NCBI GenBank assembly: GCA_905178155.1
Contig: CAJINV010000006.1
Location: 2,520,658 to 2,584,657, forward strand
Direction of reading: 5' to 3'
DNA length: 64,000 bases
DNA from: Amoebophrya sp. A120
Lineage: Eukaryota; Protista; Dinoflagellata
Under the pieces are notes generated by a model. The model did no database searches and was not told where the DNA came from. It saw only the letters and a program-made list of their open reading frames with translations. Shown in pieces: positions 49,639 through 61,884 of the stretch. Numbering within the stretch: position 1 is the first letter of the stretch; each line of letters opens with the position of its first letter. The position numbers were made by a program, and so were the translations under genes.

Positions 49639-52600
49639 CTATCCCTCCCCAATTTCAGCTTCTGCCAGGTGCAGCTGCGGCGCCCCGGCTATCAAATGTA
49701 AAAATGTCTGGGTCTGGAAACTTGTGATGCTGAGTGGCGTAGCACAAGGAGGCCACAAGTGCTGGCTCAGCATGACAAATTTCTCAGCTTGTAGGTGTTG
49801 CCTATTCTGCATGACAAACTGCGTCTCCACATGACAGAAAAAAACGTCTCTTGGGCAATGTGCATGACAGATTTAAGAGTCATGCCAGACAAGCATGACA
49901 AACATGCATTCTTCCAGACCCAGACATTTTTACATTTGATACCGGCGACGGACGCCTTACTCGGGTCCCGCGAGTGCTGACTCGGGGTATTACAGTGAAA
50001 AATGCCCCCCACCCCTGAAATTGCAAAAATTTGTGATGCGAAGTTTCCAAATGAAAACTCTTTGTCATGCATGAAAGGAGTATGAATCTTTCTGATGCTG
50101 AGTCTAGGCATGGATCGCATCGCTTGCATGACAAGCGCCGCTCGTGCTGGGGTCTTTTGCAATACAAATTTTTGCTATTCACGATAAGAAACTTGTGATG
50201 CTGATAGATGCAAGACGGCGAATGTTTCATTTGGAATACAAATAGATGCAAGGTTTGCAGTACAAAGGCTCCCAAGTTCGGGGGTGGGGGTATTTTTCCT
50301 TTTGATACGGGGAACCCGAGGTTTTCCGGTGGTGACCCCCCGCCGTCCTCCGCCCCGGCTCCATCAGGCCGCTCCCACCGGTGGCTGTCGGCCGCCTGTT
50401 GTGGCCCGTGTCCGCAAACCCGTGATCGGATTCGTCGAATAACAGCGACTTACTACCCATGGTACTCGACGCGAGCAGCTGTGCCCGACTAGTCATCGAC
50501 ATGGAGCCGGATTGCGAGGGCATGTTGTATGCATTGCAAAAGTATCGTACTCGTGGTAATTGCATACACAGATTTCTTTTCTCAAGGTAAGTCTGCATTA
50601 CAAACTCCTCTCCATTTGAGGAAATTTGTCATGCGATTACTCCTAGTACGATAGTACTTTTGCAATCCATATGTTGTGGTAGTCGTCCATTCCCTCGGAC
50701 TCCGATCCGACCTTGCTGTGCGCCTTGTATTCCTGCAGCCGCGATTTCCGCCGTTCCTGCGGCGAAGTCTCATCCCAGTACGCGATCTCGGACGGGATCG
50801 CGAACGCCTGCGACTCGTCTTGCAGCAACGACGGCAGTTGGGAGCCGAACACGTTGCCAATGTGGTACTCGTCGAACGGATTCAAAACGACCGGCTGCGC
50901 GACTGTTTCCGCGTATTTGCGCGCCGGATTCATGGCAATGGCCTGCTGCCGGGTCACGTGAATCTCCGCGATCTTCTGCAGACTGGTGTTTTCCTTCTCG
51001 CGGTAGATCAATTTTCGCAAAATGGAGCCCTGGTTCAGGAACAACTTCTTAATTTCCAGCTCGCCGTGGTTGCTATCGATGGGGGAGACCAGCGCTCGCA
51101 GAAACAACAACGGGATAAAGTTGTATCACGTGCAAAAATGTCTGGGTCTGGAAGAATGCAACTTGTGATGCTGCATTTGGAGGTCTAAAAAATTTGTGTT
51201 GCATGAGCAGCAAAAGGAGTCTAATTTTTGCTACGCGGAGAGGGCATTTGTCATGCGGAATAAGCAGGCATCAAGAATCCCTCAAAAAACTTGTGATGCT
51301 AGTGCATGCATCACAGACATCATGGCTCATGCAAACCGTGCGTGACAAGTTTGAGAACCTTCCAGACCCAGACATTTTTGCATTTGATAAGTTGCAGCAG
51401 ATGGCGATCACTTGGACCCCCGTAATATCCTGAGTAAAAACGTACCCACCCCATAGTTGTCATGCAGGTCTGCATGCTCAAAATGTTTCTCATGCGCAGC
51501 CCTATGAGAAGCATATTCTAGCCAAGTGTAGTTTTGGAATTTGTAATGCTCCAATCAGCATAACAGGCTAGGTCTATGATGCTGTCCAGCGAACTAAACA
51601 GGATTACACTACGAGGCCGAGCCTGTCATGCGCAACAAGCTAAGCTGTCTGATTTGTGTAGCAGATTTCCCATCTTGACCATGGGGTGGGGACGTTTTTA
51701 CTCAGGGTACGTAAATTTCGAAAATTTGTACTGCCCCTCGTACAAATCGGAGTTCGGCGTCACGCCGAACAGCTCGCACAGAATCGCCCCGTTGGCTGCA
51801 CCCTGAGATTCGCCGAGGAGAAAGCAGGAGAGAACGATGGCGTAGACCAGGTACGCGTTGGTGTAGTAGATGGTAACCGATTTGTATCCCACGAAAAAAG
51901 TATTACAGTTACACATCTGTTGTCAATTTAGCAACACAGATTTTCTCTGCATGGGAGGAAAAACAAAAACTTGCAATGCAGAGATCATAAGGGAAAACAC
52001 GTACCAAATGAGGCTTAAAAGCATTTTGTGCATGACAGAGCTTGTCAGTCTTGCTTGGCCTGCAACACAATGTGTAACTGTAACACTTTTTTCTTTGCAT
52101 AATTTGTTTGTCACCACTTCTTCCGGAACATCAATTGTTTTGTCGGCTATACTAACGTCAGTAGAGGTTGATGAAGGGATTTTGATACTATTCGAAGTTG
52201 TTGTCACTGCTGTTTGTTCAACATAATCCTGCGGCGGAAGAACTTGCTGTTGCTGTTGAGTCGAGTTCATATTACCCCCGCTCTTGTTGGCGAAGTGAAT
52301 GAAGGTCGACTCTTGATTTTCTCGGGCGAGAGCCACACTGTCTAGAGACGAGTTGACGTTTGAAGAGGCGGAAATCGGTTGTCCGGTCGCACCAGTGGTG
52401 TTGCTCCTGCTACTTTTTGTCCCCTCTAGAAGTAAATGAGCCTCAGGTGGCCCCTGCTGCTGCCCTTCCGGATTCGCCGCTTCGCCCTCTGCCTTGCGAG
52501 GAATAAACCGAGACCGACCTCCCCTTCCCAATATTGTTGTGTCAGGTGCGGACACTAGGGCCTCTTTCCCATCGTCGTTGTCTCCTTGTCCCTCATCTTC

Positions 52601-55600
52601 TCCTCCCACTTCGACTTCCGGCATGTAATTATTCGCTACGGCTGGAACAATTGCCACCGGCCCGTTCTCTTCTCTTTGTTCTCCTTCTCCTTCTGTGTGC
52701 GCATGAGCCTCCATGTTGCCGTGCGGGTGAATCATCTCCACCGGGACAGGGCCGGCAGCAATAATTGCTGGGTTCGCAGTTCTACTACTGTCATCCAGCC
52801 CTGCAACATGTAAACGATCCGACGAGCCGATGTGCACCAAGGGCGGGATAACTTCCGCCTCCGTGATGCGTCCGGCAGTCCCGCTCGTCACGGTTTTTCT
52901 GCTCCGCACCTCAATCAGCAACGTTTTCTTTGCCGCGGCGGGGCTCACCTTGGCCGCGAGGGTGTGCAGAAACACGAAATTTAACGCGATGGCCACCGCG
53001 TGGCAAAACTCTTCACAAAACACGAGGATAACGTCCATGGTTGCCGACCGCGAGTACCAGCGGGAGTATATCGCAAGAAAAAACTGTTTCACTGTAAACT
53101 TGTAATGCAGAAAATGCATCTCCTCACAAGCGTGTGTCTTGCTACACATGCAAGACAGTGGATTTTTAGCTGTGTTTTCCCCTAGGGACCTTGCATGGCA
53201 AATTTTCTCTGTCGTGTAGAACAAACTTGTGATGCAAAACCTGCAAAACCCTTACAGTGAAACAGTTTTTTCGTGGGATAGAGTAAAGCACAAGGGCAAA
53301 GATCTGGCTGCCGAAATCGCAGAAGGTGGCCACGAGAATCAGTTGCGTGGAGGAGAGTATCGAAAGAAAAATTGCTCCCTCCCCATATCAAAGTGGTAGT
53401 TTGTGTTGCGGGATTTGTGTACACAAATCAGCTCTGTCTTGCAGTATAGGAGTGCAGGCAGATAAAAAGCCTGGAAGGCGCTGGCTAGAGGTGAGCGCTC
53501 AGCATGGCAGACGTCTGCCCTGTTGGTGCAGCAGCACTACAAATCGCCTGCGGAAAGCGGCGAAAGCTCCGGCTTTGCTCTCTTGCAAGACAGACCTGAT
53601 TTGTGACCACAAATCAGCATCACAAATTTTCAAAAGGATGCCTTTTCGATATGGGGAGGGGGGATTTTTCCTTTTAATAGAGAGGTTCTGTTCCCCCGGG
53701 GCACCTTTCGCGTAGTTTTTGTGCAACTTTTTTGGTGATGTTGAGGGTGCTTTTTTTCCTTCTTCAGCATGTTGGTCCTCGTCTTCATGCGCATCGTGAA
53801 GATCATTTTCCTCGTCTGAACCGTGCTCCTGATCTTCCTCATCTTCTTTCCCGCCCTCATCGTAGTGCTCTCCCGTTAGGCTGGACGTTAAGTACGGAAT
53901 GGCCTTCCGCGCCCGGCTGGCCAGGAGCATCATCACCAACAGCTGCGCCAAATTCGTATCATATGCAAAAATGTCTGGGTCTGGGTGGAGATTCTGAGAC
54001 TTGTCATGCACGTTCTGCATGAGCCATGACGTCTGTGATGCATGCCGTAGCATCACAGATTTTTCGAGGGGTTCTTGATGCCTATTTCGCATGATAAATG
54101 CCTTATCCGCGTAGCGAAAATTACATCCCCTTTGCTACTCATGCAATACAAATTTTTTTGGAATCCAAAGGCAGCATCACAAGTTCCACCCTTCCAGGCC
54201 CAGACATATTTGCAATGCATAATTCGAAAGCACCGGCAATTCTGCGGCGACAAACGGCAGCGAGAAGTGCGGCCCGTCGACGTACTCCCGCGCGTAATTT
54301 GTTCGGTATCCTGAGTAAAAACGTCCCCACACCAGAGTCTCAAGATGGGGCCCTCGCAACACAAATCCAGAAGCTTTGGCAGTCACGCATGACAAGTTCT
54401 TGCAGCACGTAGTGTAGTGCAGGTTGGAAAGGACATCCGCATTACAAATCCATGTGCTTATGCTGTGTACAGCATTACAAATCCCAAAACACGATTGCAA
54501 ATGCCTATCATGGGGATGCGCATCACAAATCTTCCTGTCATTGCAAATCTGCATGACAACTCCGGGGTGAGGACGTCGTTTTTATTCAGGATATTCGGAA
54601 GTAGAAAATCACCCCGGTAAAGGTGAAGTGGAAGCAGCCTTTTATCATCAGATACAGCAATGCGCGGCTGATGATCGGCAGCAGCATGCACCCGATCGCT
54701 AAGCCGCATACCGTCGTCAACCCGGCGGACAGAAGAACAAACTGCGCGTTGGCTGCCGCTGGAATCCGCTGCTTTGTCGTGTTGTCGAGCCCGGGGAGGG
54801 CTGCGACGCGGGAAATCCGCCCGGATTCGTGGTCAAAATCGGCGGAAAAACTCGCGGAAAGGAGATCAACATCTTGGTCGTGCTCAGCAGCTGCGGGGTC
54901 AACACTTCTTGATGCGGTATTCGCCGCGCTCAGCATCTCAGAACTAGCACTACCACTACTACTGCTACTGCTTGCCAGAGAACTCGAGAAGACCCAGTAC
55001 GGCAAGGTCATCAGCAATAAGCCGGTGATCGCCAAAACCCACACGAGGAGGTGTAGATCCCAGGCTTTCTCTATGAGAGTGCACAACTCCCCCTCCTCTT
55101 TAAATGTATGGCATGAACAGCAATGCAGACACCAGCTCAAATGGTGCCTCCGCATGACAAGTTGATGCGCCTAACCTAGTACTGTTTGGGCTACTTCCGA
55201 GTAGATTTGTCATGCAAACCGTGCCACAGCGCAGCGATAGGATTTCGGATACGGATTTTGCATATACAAATCAGGGCAGAGGGGAGTTGTGCACTCTGAT
55301 ATTCTCGTTATCAAATGTAAAAATGTCTGGGTCTGGAAGAGTCATGCTGTTTTTGCATGACACAGAAGGTCTGGCATGGAAGCTCTAGCATCACAGGTTT
55401 CGAGAACCTTCCGCAATGCCGAATCCGCATGACAAGTCCCCGACTTTGCTGGCAAAAAGTGGGAGCTTTTGCTACGTATGCATGAGAGACTCGTCTGTGT
55501 TCTGAAATACGCATTACAAGTTGCATTCTTCCAGACCCAGACATTTTTACATTTGATACTCGTCGTGCACTTGCAAATCCACGTGGTTTCCCACCATTTC

Positions 55601-58600
55601 TTATCAAATGCAAAAATCCCTGGATGTCTGGAAACTTGTGATGCTGGGTGGCGTATCATGAGGAGGCCACAAGTGCTGGCTCAGCATGAGAAGTTTCTGA
55701 GCTTCTAGGTGTTGCCTATTCTGCATGACAGACTGCGTTTCTGCATGACAGAAAAGTGGCGCTCTTGGGTAACGTGCATGACAGATTTAAGAGTCATGCC
55801 AGACAAGCATGACAAACTTGCATTCTTCCAGACCCAGACATTTCTACATGTGATATTTCTTTTTCCCTCTGCGCCTCGGCCCGCCTCTTCTTGTCCCGCT
55901 GGAAGTGCCGGAGTTTTTTCTGGATTTGGTCAAAGTTGGGCTCTTCCTCCTCCTCCTCCTCTTCGATCTCTTCCTCATCGGTTGTGAAGTGGCCGTCTTG
56001 ATGTTCTTCTACCTCTGCAGCCCCTGTAGTTTGCTGCTCTGTCATTGCTCCAACAAGGACTTGCTCCTCCGGAGCTACTTGGACACCCACAAGACCTTGG
56101 CCCGTGTTTACAACTACTCGCAACCCCGAGTCGGCGTTAGTTTGCCCCTCGACACCGGCTGGCTCTTGTGCGAAGTTTTTACTTTTGACGAGAGCGGAAG
56201 TACTAGATGTTGCAACAGCATTCTGCTTCATCGCTTCAACACCGTGTTCAACAGCATGTGCTTCATGATCAGCATGTGCATCCCCTGCTTCCACCTCGTC
56301 TTCGTCGTCCTGCAAGATCTTATCCACCGCCTCCTTATCCGCGAGATCCTGGTTTCCGATCGGCTGATGAGGATGCTCATTTTTCTCTGACCCTGCTTCA
56401 TCAGACGTCCCAGACTGCTCCTCCGGCATGGGGATGTGGGCAGCACCAGGAGAAGTTGCAGATGCTGTCGTTGCACTTGCACCACCAGTACTAGCAGGAT
56501 GTTGCAACACTTGATTTTCACTGCTATCTGGCGCATCTACTGCTTCTCCTTCGGCATGGGCCGCGTGCTCTTTATGATGGTGATGGTGGTGGCCGCCCTT
56601 TTCCTTTTTCTTCTTCTTCTTCTCCTCTTTCCCCGAATTAGACGACTCGGAAGTGGAATACGCACCTTGCTGCTGCTGCTGATTTGCCCCCGCCGCCCCT
56701 TGGTCCTTGTTTTCCGCTTCCTTGTTCATTTGGATGACCTGTCCAATGCAAAAACGCCCCCACCCCGGAGTTGTAATGCAAATCTGCATGCATACAAAGT
56801 TTCTCATGCGGAAACCCAACATGAGAAGCATTTTCTAGTGGCTTTTTGAGATTTTTTGTTATGCTCGAACCAGCATGATGCGCTAGATCTGTGACGCGGT
56901 TGCAGCACTAGCTGAGTACGATTATATTGCTCGGCCAAACTTGTCATGCGCAACAGCCAAAAGCCGGCTGATTTGTGTAGCAGACTTCCCATCTTGAATA
57001 TGGGGTGGAAACGTTTTTACTCAGGATATCACCTGTTCCAGCGTCATGCCCTTCGGTAAGTCCCCCGCGCGTATCGAATGTAAAAATGTCTGGGTCTGGA
57101 AGAATGCAACTTGTCATGCTAGATCTGAAGCATGCAAAAATCTGTGTTGCATGATTACCAAAAGTCGTCCAGTTTTGACCAAGTCGGGAGGGAGTTTCTC
57201 ATGCAGGATAGGCATGAGAGAGATCGCGCAGAATCTGTCATGCTAGGTCCTGCATTCCAGGCTTCATGGGTCATGGAAAAGCTGCATGACAAATCGCGCA
57301 TTCTTGCAGACCCAGACATTTTTACACTTGATAGCGCGGGGCTTCGCCGCGGTGCCGAAGGACTTCAGTTTGAATTCGCTCACGTCCACCTTTTCCAACG
57401 CCTGAAACCCGCCGGGATTCTTCTCCCCCTCCTGCAGCCAGTTGGTGGCGAAAACAAACACCGCGACGAAAAAAAGCGCGCCGGAGCCGAGTAGTAACAC
57501 CGCGAAAGGGTTGTTCACGTGGTGCTTTAGGAAATATAGCTGATTCAATTCCAGTCGCCGTTGGGATTCTAGAGTAGTCGGATTTGATAGTGTTTGCTCT
57601 GATGTTCGACTTTCGTCTTGTCCGCTAGTGGATGAAGAACCTCCTGCAAAGGATGTGAAGAACGCCCCACTCAACAGCAGGCCGCAGCCGATTAGAACCG
57701 ACCCCACGATGGCCCCGAGCAATGCGCACGCCTGGCCGTAGTTCGCGATCAGCATCGCGTTATGCATTGCAAATTTGTTTGGGTCTGGAAGAACGCGAGG
57801 CTTGCCATGCTCGTTACCTACTATGGCTCTCAGAGTCTGTCAACATGCACGTTAGGTACCCAAGAACTTCAAGTGCTCCGCTTATTCTCGGTCATGCAGA
57901 GGCGCAACTTGCCATGCAGAATATGAATACGCAAGACCTAGCATAACGAGTTTGTCATGCTTGGCCGTCAGTTGAGATGTCCTCATGATTGTCCAACCCG
58001 CATCACAAGTTTGATGTTCCAGACCCAGCCATATTTGCATTGCATACGCGTTGCTGCTGTTCCGGCGACGGACTAACTGCACCATGCGTCCTTCGAGCAA
58101 AACCTTGGCGAGAAAGATCCCCAGCTATCAAATGTAAAAATGTCTGGGTCTGGAAGATTCTGAGACTTGTCGTGCATGTTTTGCCTGGGCTATGATGTCT
58201 GTGATGCATGCCCTAGCATCACAGATTTTTTGAGGGCCTCGCGATGCCTATTCCGCATGACAAATGCCCTCTCCGCGTAGCAAAAATTACACTCCCTTTG
58301 CTGCTCATGCAATACAGATTTTTTTGGAATCCAAATTCAGCATCACAAATTGCATTCTTACAGACCCAGACAATTTTACATTTGATACCAGGGTGGTGAA
58401 GGCGATGGTGAGGGAAAAGTGGCGGGCCAGGGAATTGGTTGCGGAAACAGCCAGGCTACTACTTGCGAAATTGGTGTCAGAAGCAGAATTTATCATCGCT
58501 TTTTCCAGTCCATCTTTGGTTTCACTCTCTACAACTGCGTCGTGGAGGTGGGCGTGGAGTCTCCGGCGCTTCTTGGTTTTTATTCTACTTCTTTGCTCCA

Positions 58601-61600
58601 CTAGTTGTACTTCTAAGGTACTAGAAGTTCCTCGTCCGGTTGTACTACTTCCTACTTCTCCACCCTCGTGCTTGTCCCCACCTCGCAGTTTGCTCTTCTC
58701 GTGCTCAACGTTATTCTTTCCTGATGCAGCTGTATGCCGTAGTCGTCCCTGAGATGAATTTCGCTTACCTTCGTCCCGTCGGAGATTCGGTCTCTTATTT
58801 GTTCCCGCAAACACGACCTCCTCCTCCGCATGGTCTTGTGGTCTTCTACCATTTGCCGCTATTTCATCGTGATAATTTCCAAAATCATTAAGGATCTCCT
58901 CGCGATCAAGGAGAAAAGAACTGCTTGTACCACCGCTTGATTCTCCGATATTGTCCTCCGCGTTTTTACTTTGGGTCGTTTCTGTTTCATCTTCATTTCC
59001 CTCAACCTGATCCTGTTCCGCCCTTGGTTCTTCACTTGGAAGTGTTGCAGTTGTTGTGCTGTTGTTCAGCTTGCTATTGCTTTGAACCGGAGGGCTCTGT
59101 TGAACAACTTGGAATGTTGCGCCACCACCACCGCCGCTGCTTTGCTCCGGCGCAGCATACGCGTGCGAAGATACATCAAGCTGGCTTTGGCTTTGCCCCA
59201 ACTGTCGCTGGTGCGCATTCTTGAGCAAGGTGAACGTCTCTTCCAGCCTTTCCTCAAACATCTGGGTTTCCAAATTATCAGCGAAGACCGGGAGAATTTT
59301 ATCCGCCTTCATTAGTTTATCAAATGCAAATATGTCTGGGTCTGAAAACTTGTAATGCTAAAAGTGGATGATAGACGTGCCGCAATACGCAGCTATGCAT
59401 CACAAATTTTGTGGCTGCCGTACCTTATGTATTCCGCATGGCAAACTGCCTCTATGCATGACAGTTAAGATGGCTCTTTCGTACCTATGCAACACAGATT
59501 TTCTAGTCATGCCAGCCAAGCATGACAAACTTGCATTCTTCCAGACCCAAACATTTTTGCATTTGATACAGTTTCTCCTGGAGCAAAAAGTATTCCGCGT
59601 CGGACACTCCCGCAGCGACCAGAATGGCTTGCGGGATGAACAGGGATTTGTTTTTCAATGCCCGGGAAGTTGCGGTTTGGCGATGCAACATTTGCTCCAG
59701 TGTCAGCCCCTGATCCTCCTCGTCCTCTCCGGGCGCGAGCGAAAGCCCCAAGCCGTAATTCGCGTGCACACCGGTCGTGTCTGAACTACGAGCTGCATCC
59801 ATTCCTCCCTCGTATCCACTTAGAATGTCGTCGTATTCGTATCATTTGTAAAAACGTCCCCACACCAGAGTCAAGATGGGAAAGCTGCTAGACAAATCAG
59901 CCAGCTTTGATCGTTTGGCATGACAAATTTGTCCTCGTAGTGTAGTCCTGTTTGAGGTAGTTCAGCAGCATCAGAGATCTAGTATACACATACTGATTAT
60001 AGCATCACAAATTCCAAAACACGGCTAGAAAATGCCTCTCATGGCGCTCCGCATGAGAAACTTTTTTGGAATGCAGATTTGCATGACAACTCTGGGGAGG
60101 TAGGGACGTTTTTACTCAGAATAATTCGCTCTTGTTCGTGAAGAACAACGCGACCGGGAATACGACGCCAAAGAGAAGCAACGAGAAGCAAATACAATTC
60201 GTGACCTTCCGGGGCTTGTCCTATCAAGTGCAAAAATGTCTGGGTCTGGAAGAGTGCCAGGTTTGTCATGCTTGTCTGGCATGACGCAGAAGAGTTTGCG
60301 ATGCGTGTCCAAGAAGAGAGCCTTTTGCGTGTCATGCAAAAACGCAGTTTGTCATGTGGAGAGCGCAATACTAAGCCGCGCAGATTTCTCTCATGCTTGG
60401 CTGTGCATTACAGAGCATTCACTATTCCCAACCGAGCATTACAAGCTTCCGGAACCAGACATTTTTGCAATTCATATGTCAACCGCGGAAGCAAACTTCT
60501 CTTTTCCAGGAGCGGACTTGGGTCCGCTCACGGTGTGCAGGGATGATGACACCGGGCTGGTGCTTATCCTGAGCAAAAACGTCCCCACACCAGAGTCAAG
60601 GTGGGAAATCTGCTAGACAAATTAACTAGCTCTGGTTGTTCCCCATGACAAGTTTGCCATCATAGCGTAATCCTGTTTCGCTAGTTCCGCAGCATCACAG
60701 AACTAGCATATCATGCTGATTCTAGCATCACAACTTCCAAAACACGACCAGAAAATGCTTGTCATGGAGCTCCGCATGAGAAACTTTTTTGACATGCAGA
60801 TTTGCATGACAACTCTGGGGTGGGGACGTTGTTACTCAGAATACTGCTCACGTCCACCGCGTCGCCCACCATCTTGCCGCCCGAGTGTTGCTCGCGTTTC
60901 CCGCAGCAAAAGAAGCAACTATTGACGATCGAGTCGCACAGTTTCAAGTGCTGGCACAGCCGGTCCAGCCACATGGCACGCTCGACAAACAAGGCGAACA
61001 ACGGGGCGAGGAGGAAGGTGTTCTGGCAAAACGCCTGCAAATTTGACACTTCCGGGCCGGGAATCTGCAGGTACCGCATGGACCAAATGAAGGAGGTAGA
61101 AACCGCAATGGTCGCGAGTCCGAAGAGAAAAAAATTCGCGATGCCGTAGAGCAAACCGAGCTTCCAGCCGGTGATGCGGAATACTTCACGCACGGACGAC
61201 TTGACAGACCGACACGGCCGGCAACACCCCCGCGTGCACTTTTCCAGCCCCGTTTTTGGCCGTTTGCCTGCCGTGGAAAAGCTGGACAGGAAAGTTTTCG
61301 GCAATCCCTATTGAGAGGAAAAACATCCCCAGCGTTGTCATGCTATTTTGCATGCCAAAAAAGTTTCTCACGCGGAGCCCTATGAGAAGCATTCTCTGTT
61401 CCTGTTTCGGAATTTGTGATGCTCGGATCAGCATGATGTGCTAGATCTGTGGTGCTTCTGAACTAGCTAAATCGAGGACAACACTACAAGGATCGAAACT
61501 TGTCATGCCAAACAACCAAAGGTGTGTGACTTGTCTAGCTGATTTCCCATCTTGACTCTGGTGTGGGGACGTTTTTAATCAGGATAAACCCGCCCTTGCA

Positions 61601-61884
61601 CTTCCCCCGTCGTCGCTGGCGGAGGCCAGTGCAGTTTTCGCATCGGCGGAAGCGGAGCTGCTTGGCTTCGTCAGGTCCGAAGTAGACGGGGGGAATTTTT
61701 TGAGCTTGGCATGAGGATCCACCTCGCTCGTATTCTGATTGTTTTCCGCACCAGCGTCTCTGTTTCCTCTGGAAGCCCTCCTACTGGTGCGCAGGACGAT
61801 TGCGGTGGGCATGGCGGCATCTTCAGAATCCGTGTCATGATTCTCCAACAAATGCGCGGGAAGCCCGCGCGCGCCCTTACCCAT
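49639..61884 (-). CDS. BT1-family (folate/biopterin) MFS-like transporter with long low-complexity insertions, ~23 exons
   Basis: Multiple TM helices and BT1-like segments (EVSNLQAFCQNTFLLAPLFALFVE; LLEGRMVQLVRR; FVFLHTLAAKVSP; LVYAIVLSCFLLG...LCELFGVT; NFIPLLFL). Most junctions checked stay in frame across 22 elements. Family call is from motif resemblance only. Confidence 0.68.
49690..49941. mobile_element. Introner-like element, family A
   Basis: Perfect ~30-bp TIR; DR ccggc. Confidence 0.92.
49988..50307. mobile_element. Introner-like element, family F variant
   Basis: TATTACAGTGAAAAATGCCCCCCACCCC...GGGGTGGGGGTATTTTTCCTTTTGATA; DR cgggg. Confidence 0.88.
50528..50671. mobile_element. 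Introner-like element, family C
   Basis: Family C TIRs; DR tgttg. Confidence 0.9.
51124..51389. mobile_element. Introner-like element, family A
   Basis: Family A TIRs; DR agttg. Confidence 0.9.
51426..51709. mobile_element. Introner-like element, family B
   Basis: Family B TIRs; DR cgtaa. Confidence 0.9.
51885..52101. mobile_element. Introner-like element, family E
   Basis: Family E TIRs; DR atttg. Confidence 0.9.
53069..53280. mobile_element. Introner-like element, family D
   Basis: Family D TIRs; DR gagta. Confidence 0.9.
53358..53679. mobile_element. Introner-like element, family F (inverted relative to 33283-33604)
   Basis: Family F TIRs; DR gagag. Confidence 0.9.
53957..54221. mobile_element. 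Introner-like element, family A
   Basis: Family A TIRs; DR attcg. Confidence 0.9.
54307..54593. mobile_element. Introner-like element, family B
   Basis: Family B TIRs; DR ttcgg. Confidence 0.9.
55072..55301. mobile_element. Introner-like element, family N
   Basis: TATGAGAGTGCACAACTCCCC...GGGGAGTTGTGCACTCTGATA; DR ttctc. Confidence 0.88.
55309..55558. mobile_element. Introner-like element, family A
   Basis: Perfect ~30-bp TIR; DR ctcgt. Confidence 0.92.
55602..55855. mobile_element. Introner-like element, family A
   Basis: Family A TIRs; DR tttct. Confidence 0.9.
56740..57028. mobile_element. Introner-like element, family B (left end TGT)
   Basis: Family B TIRs; DR tgacc/tcacc. Confidence 0.87.
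57072..57333. mobile_element. Introner-like element, family A
   Basis: Family A TIRs; DR gcgcg. Confidence 0.9.
57761..58046. mobile_element. Introner-like element, family A
   Basis: Family A TIRs; DR cgcgt. Confidence 0.88.
58126..58387. mobile_element. Introner-like element, family A
   Basis: Family A TIRs; DR ccagc/ccagg. Confidence 0.9.
59318..59568. mobile_element. Introner-like element, family A
   Basis: Family A TIRs; DR tagtt/cagtt. Confidence 0.9.
59840..60123. mobile_element. Introner-like element, family B
   Basis: Family B TIRs; DR attcg. Confidence 0.9.
60222..60476. mobile_element. Introner-like element, family A
   Basis: Family A TIRs; DR tgtcc/tgtca. Confidence 0.9.
60565..60843. 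mobile_element. Introner-like element, family B
   Basis: Family B TIRs; DR gtgct/ctgct. Confidence 0.9.
61309..61586. mobile_element. Introner-like element, family B
   Basis: Family B TIRs (left end eroded); DR atccc/aaccc. Confidence 0.85.

Noticed and set aside
3537-60616. Many short ORFs with recurring peptides such as FQTQTFLHLI, KMSGSGR, ILSKNVPTPE
   Set aside because: These are translations of element TIRs, not a protein repeat family
3076-61586. Recurring ~30-bp repeats separated by unique sequence, superficially CRISPR-like
   Set aside because: Repeats are inverted pairs bounding homologous interiors and the spacers are host exons; eukaryotic context, no cas genes
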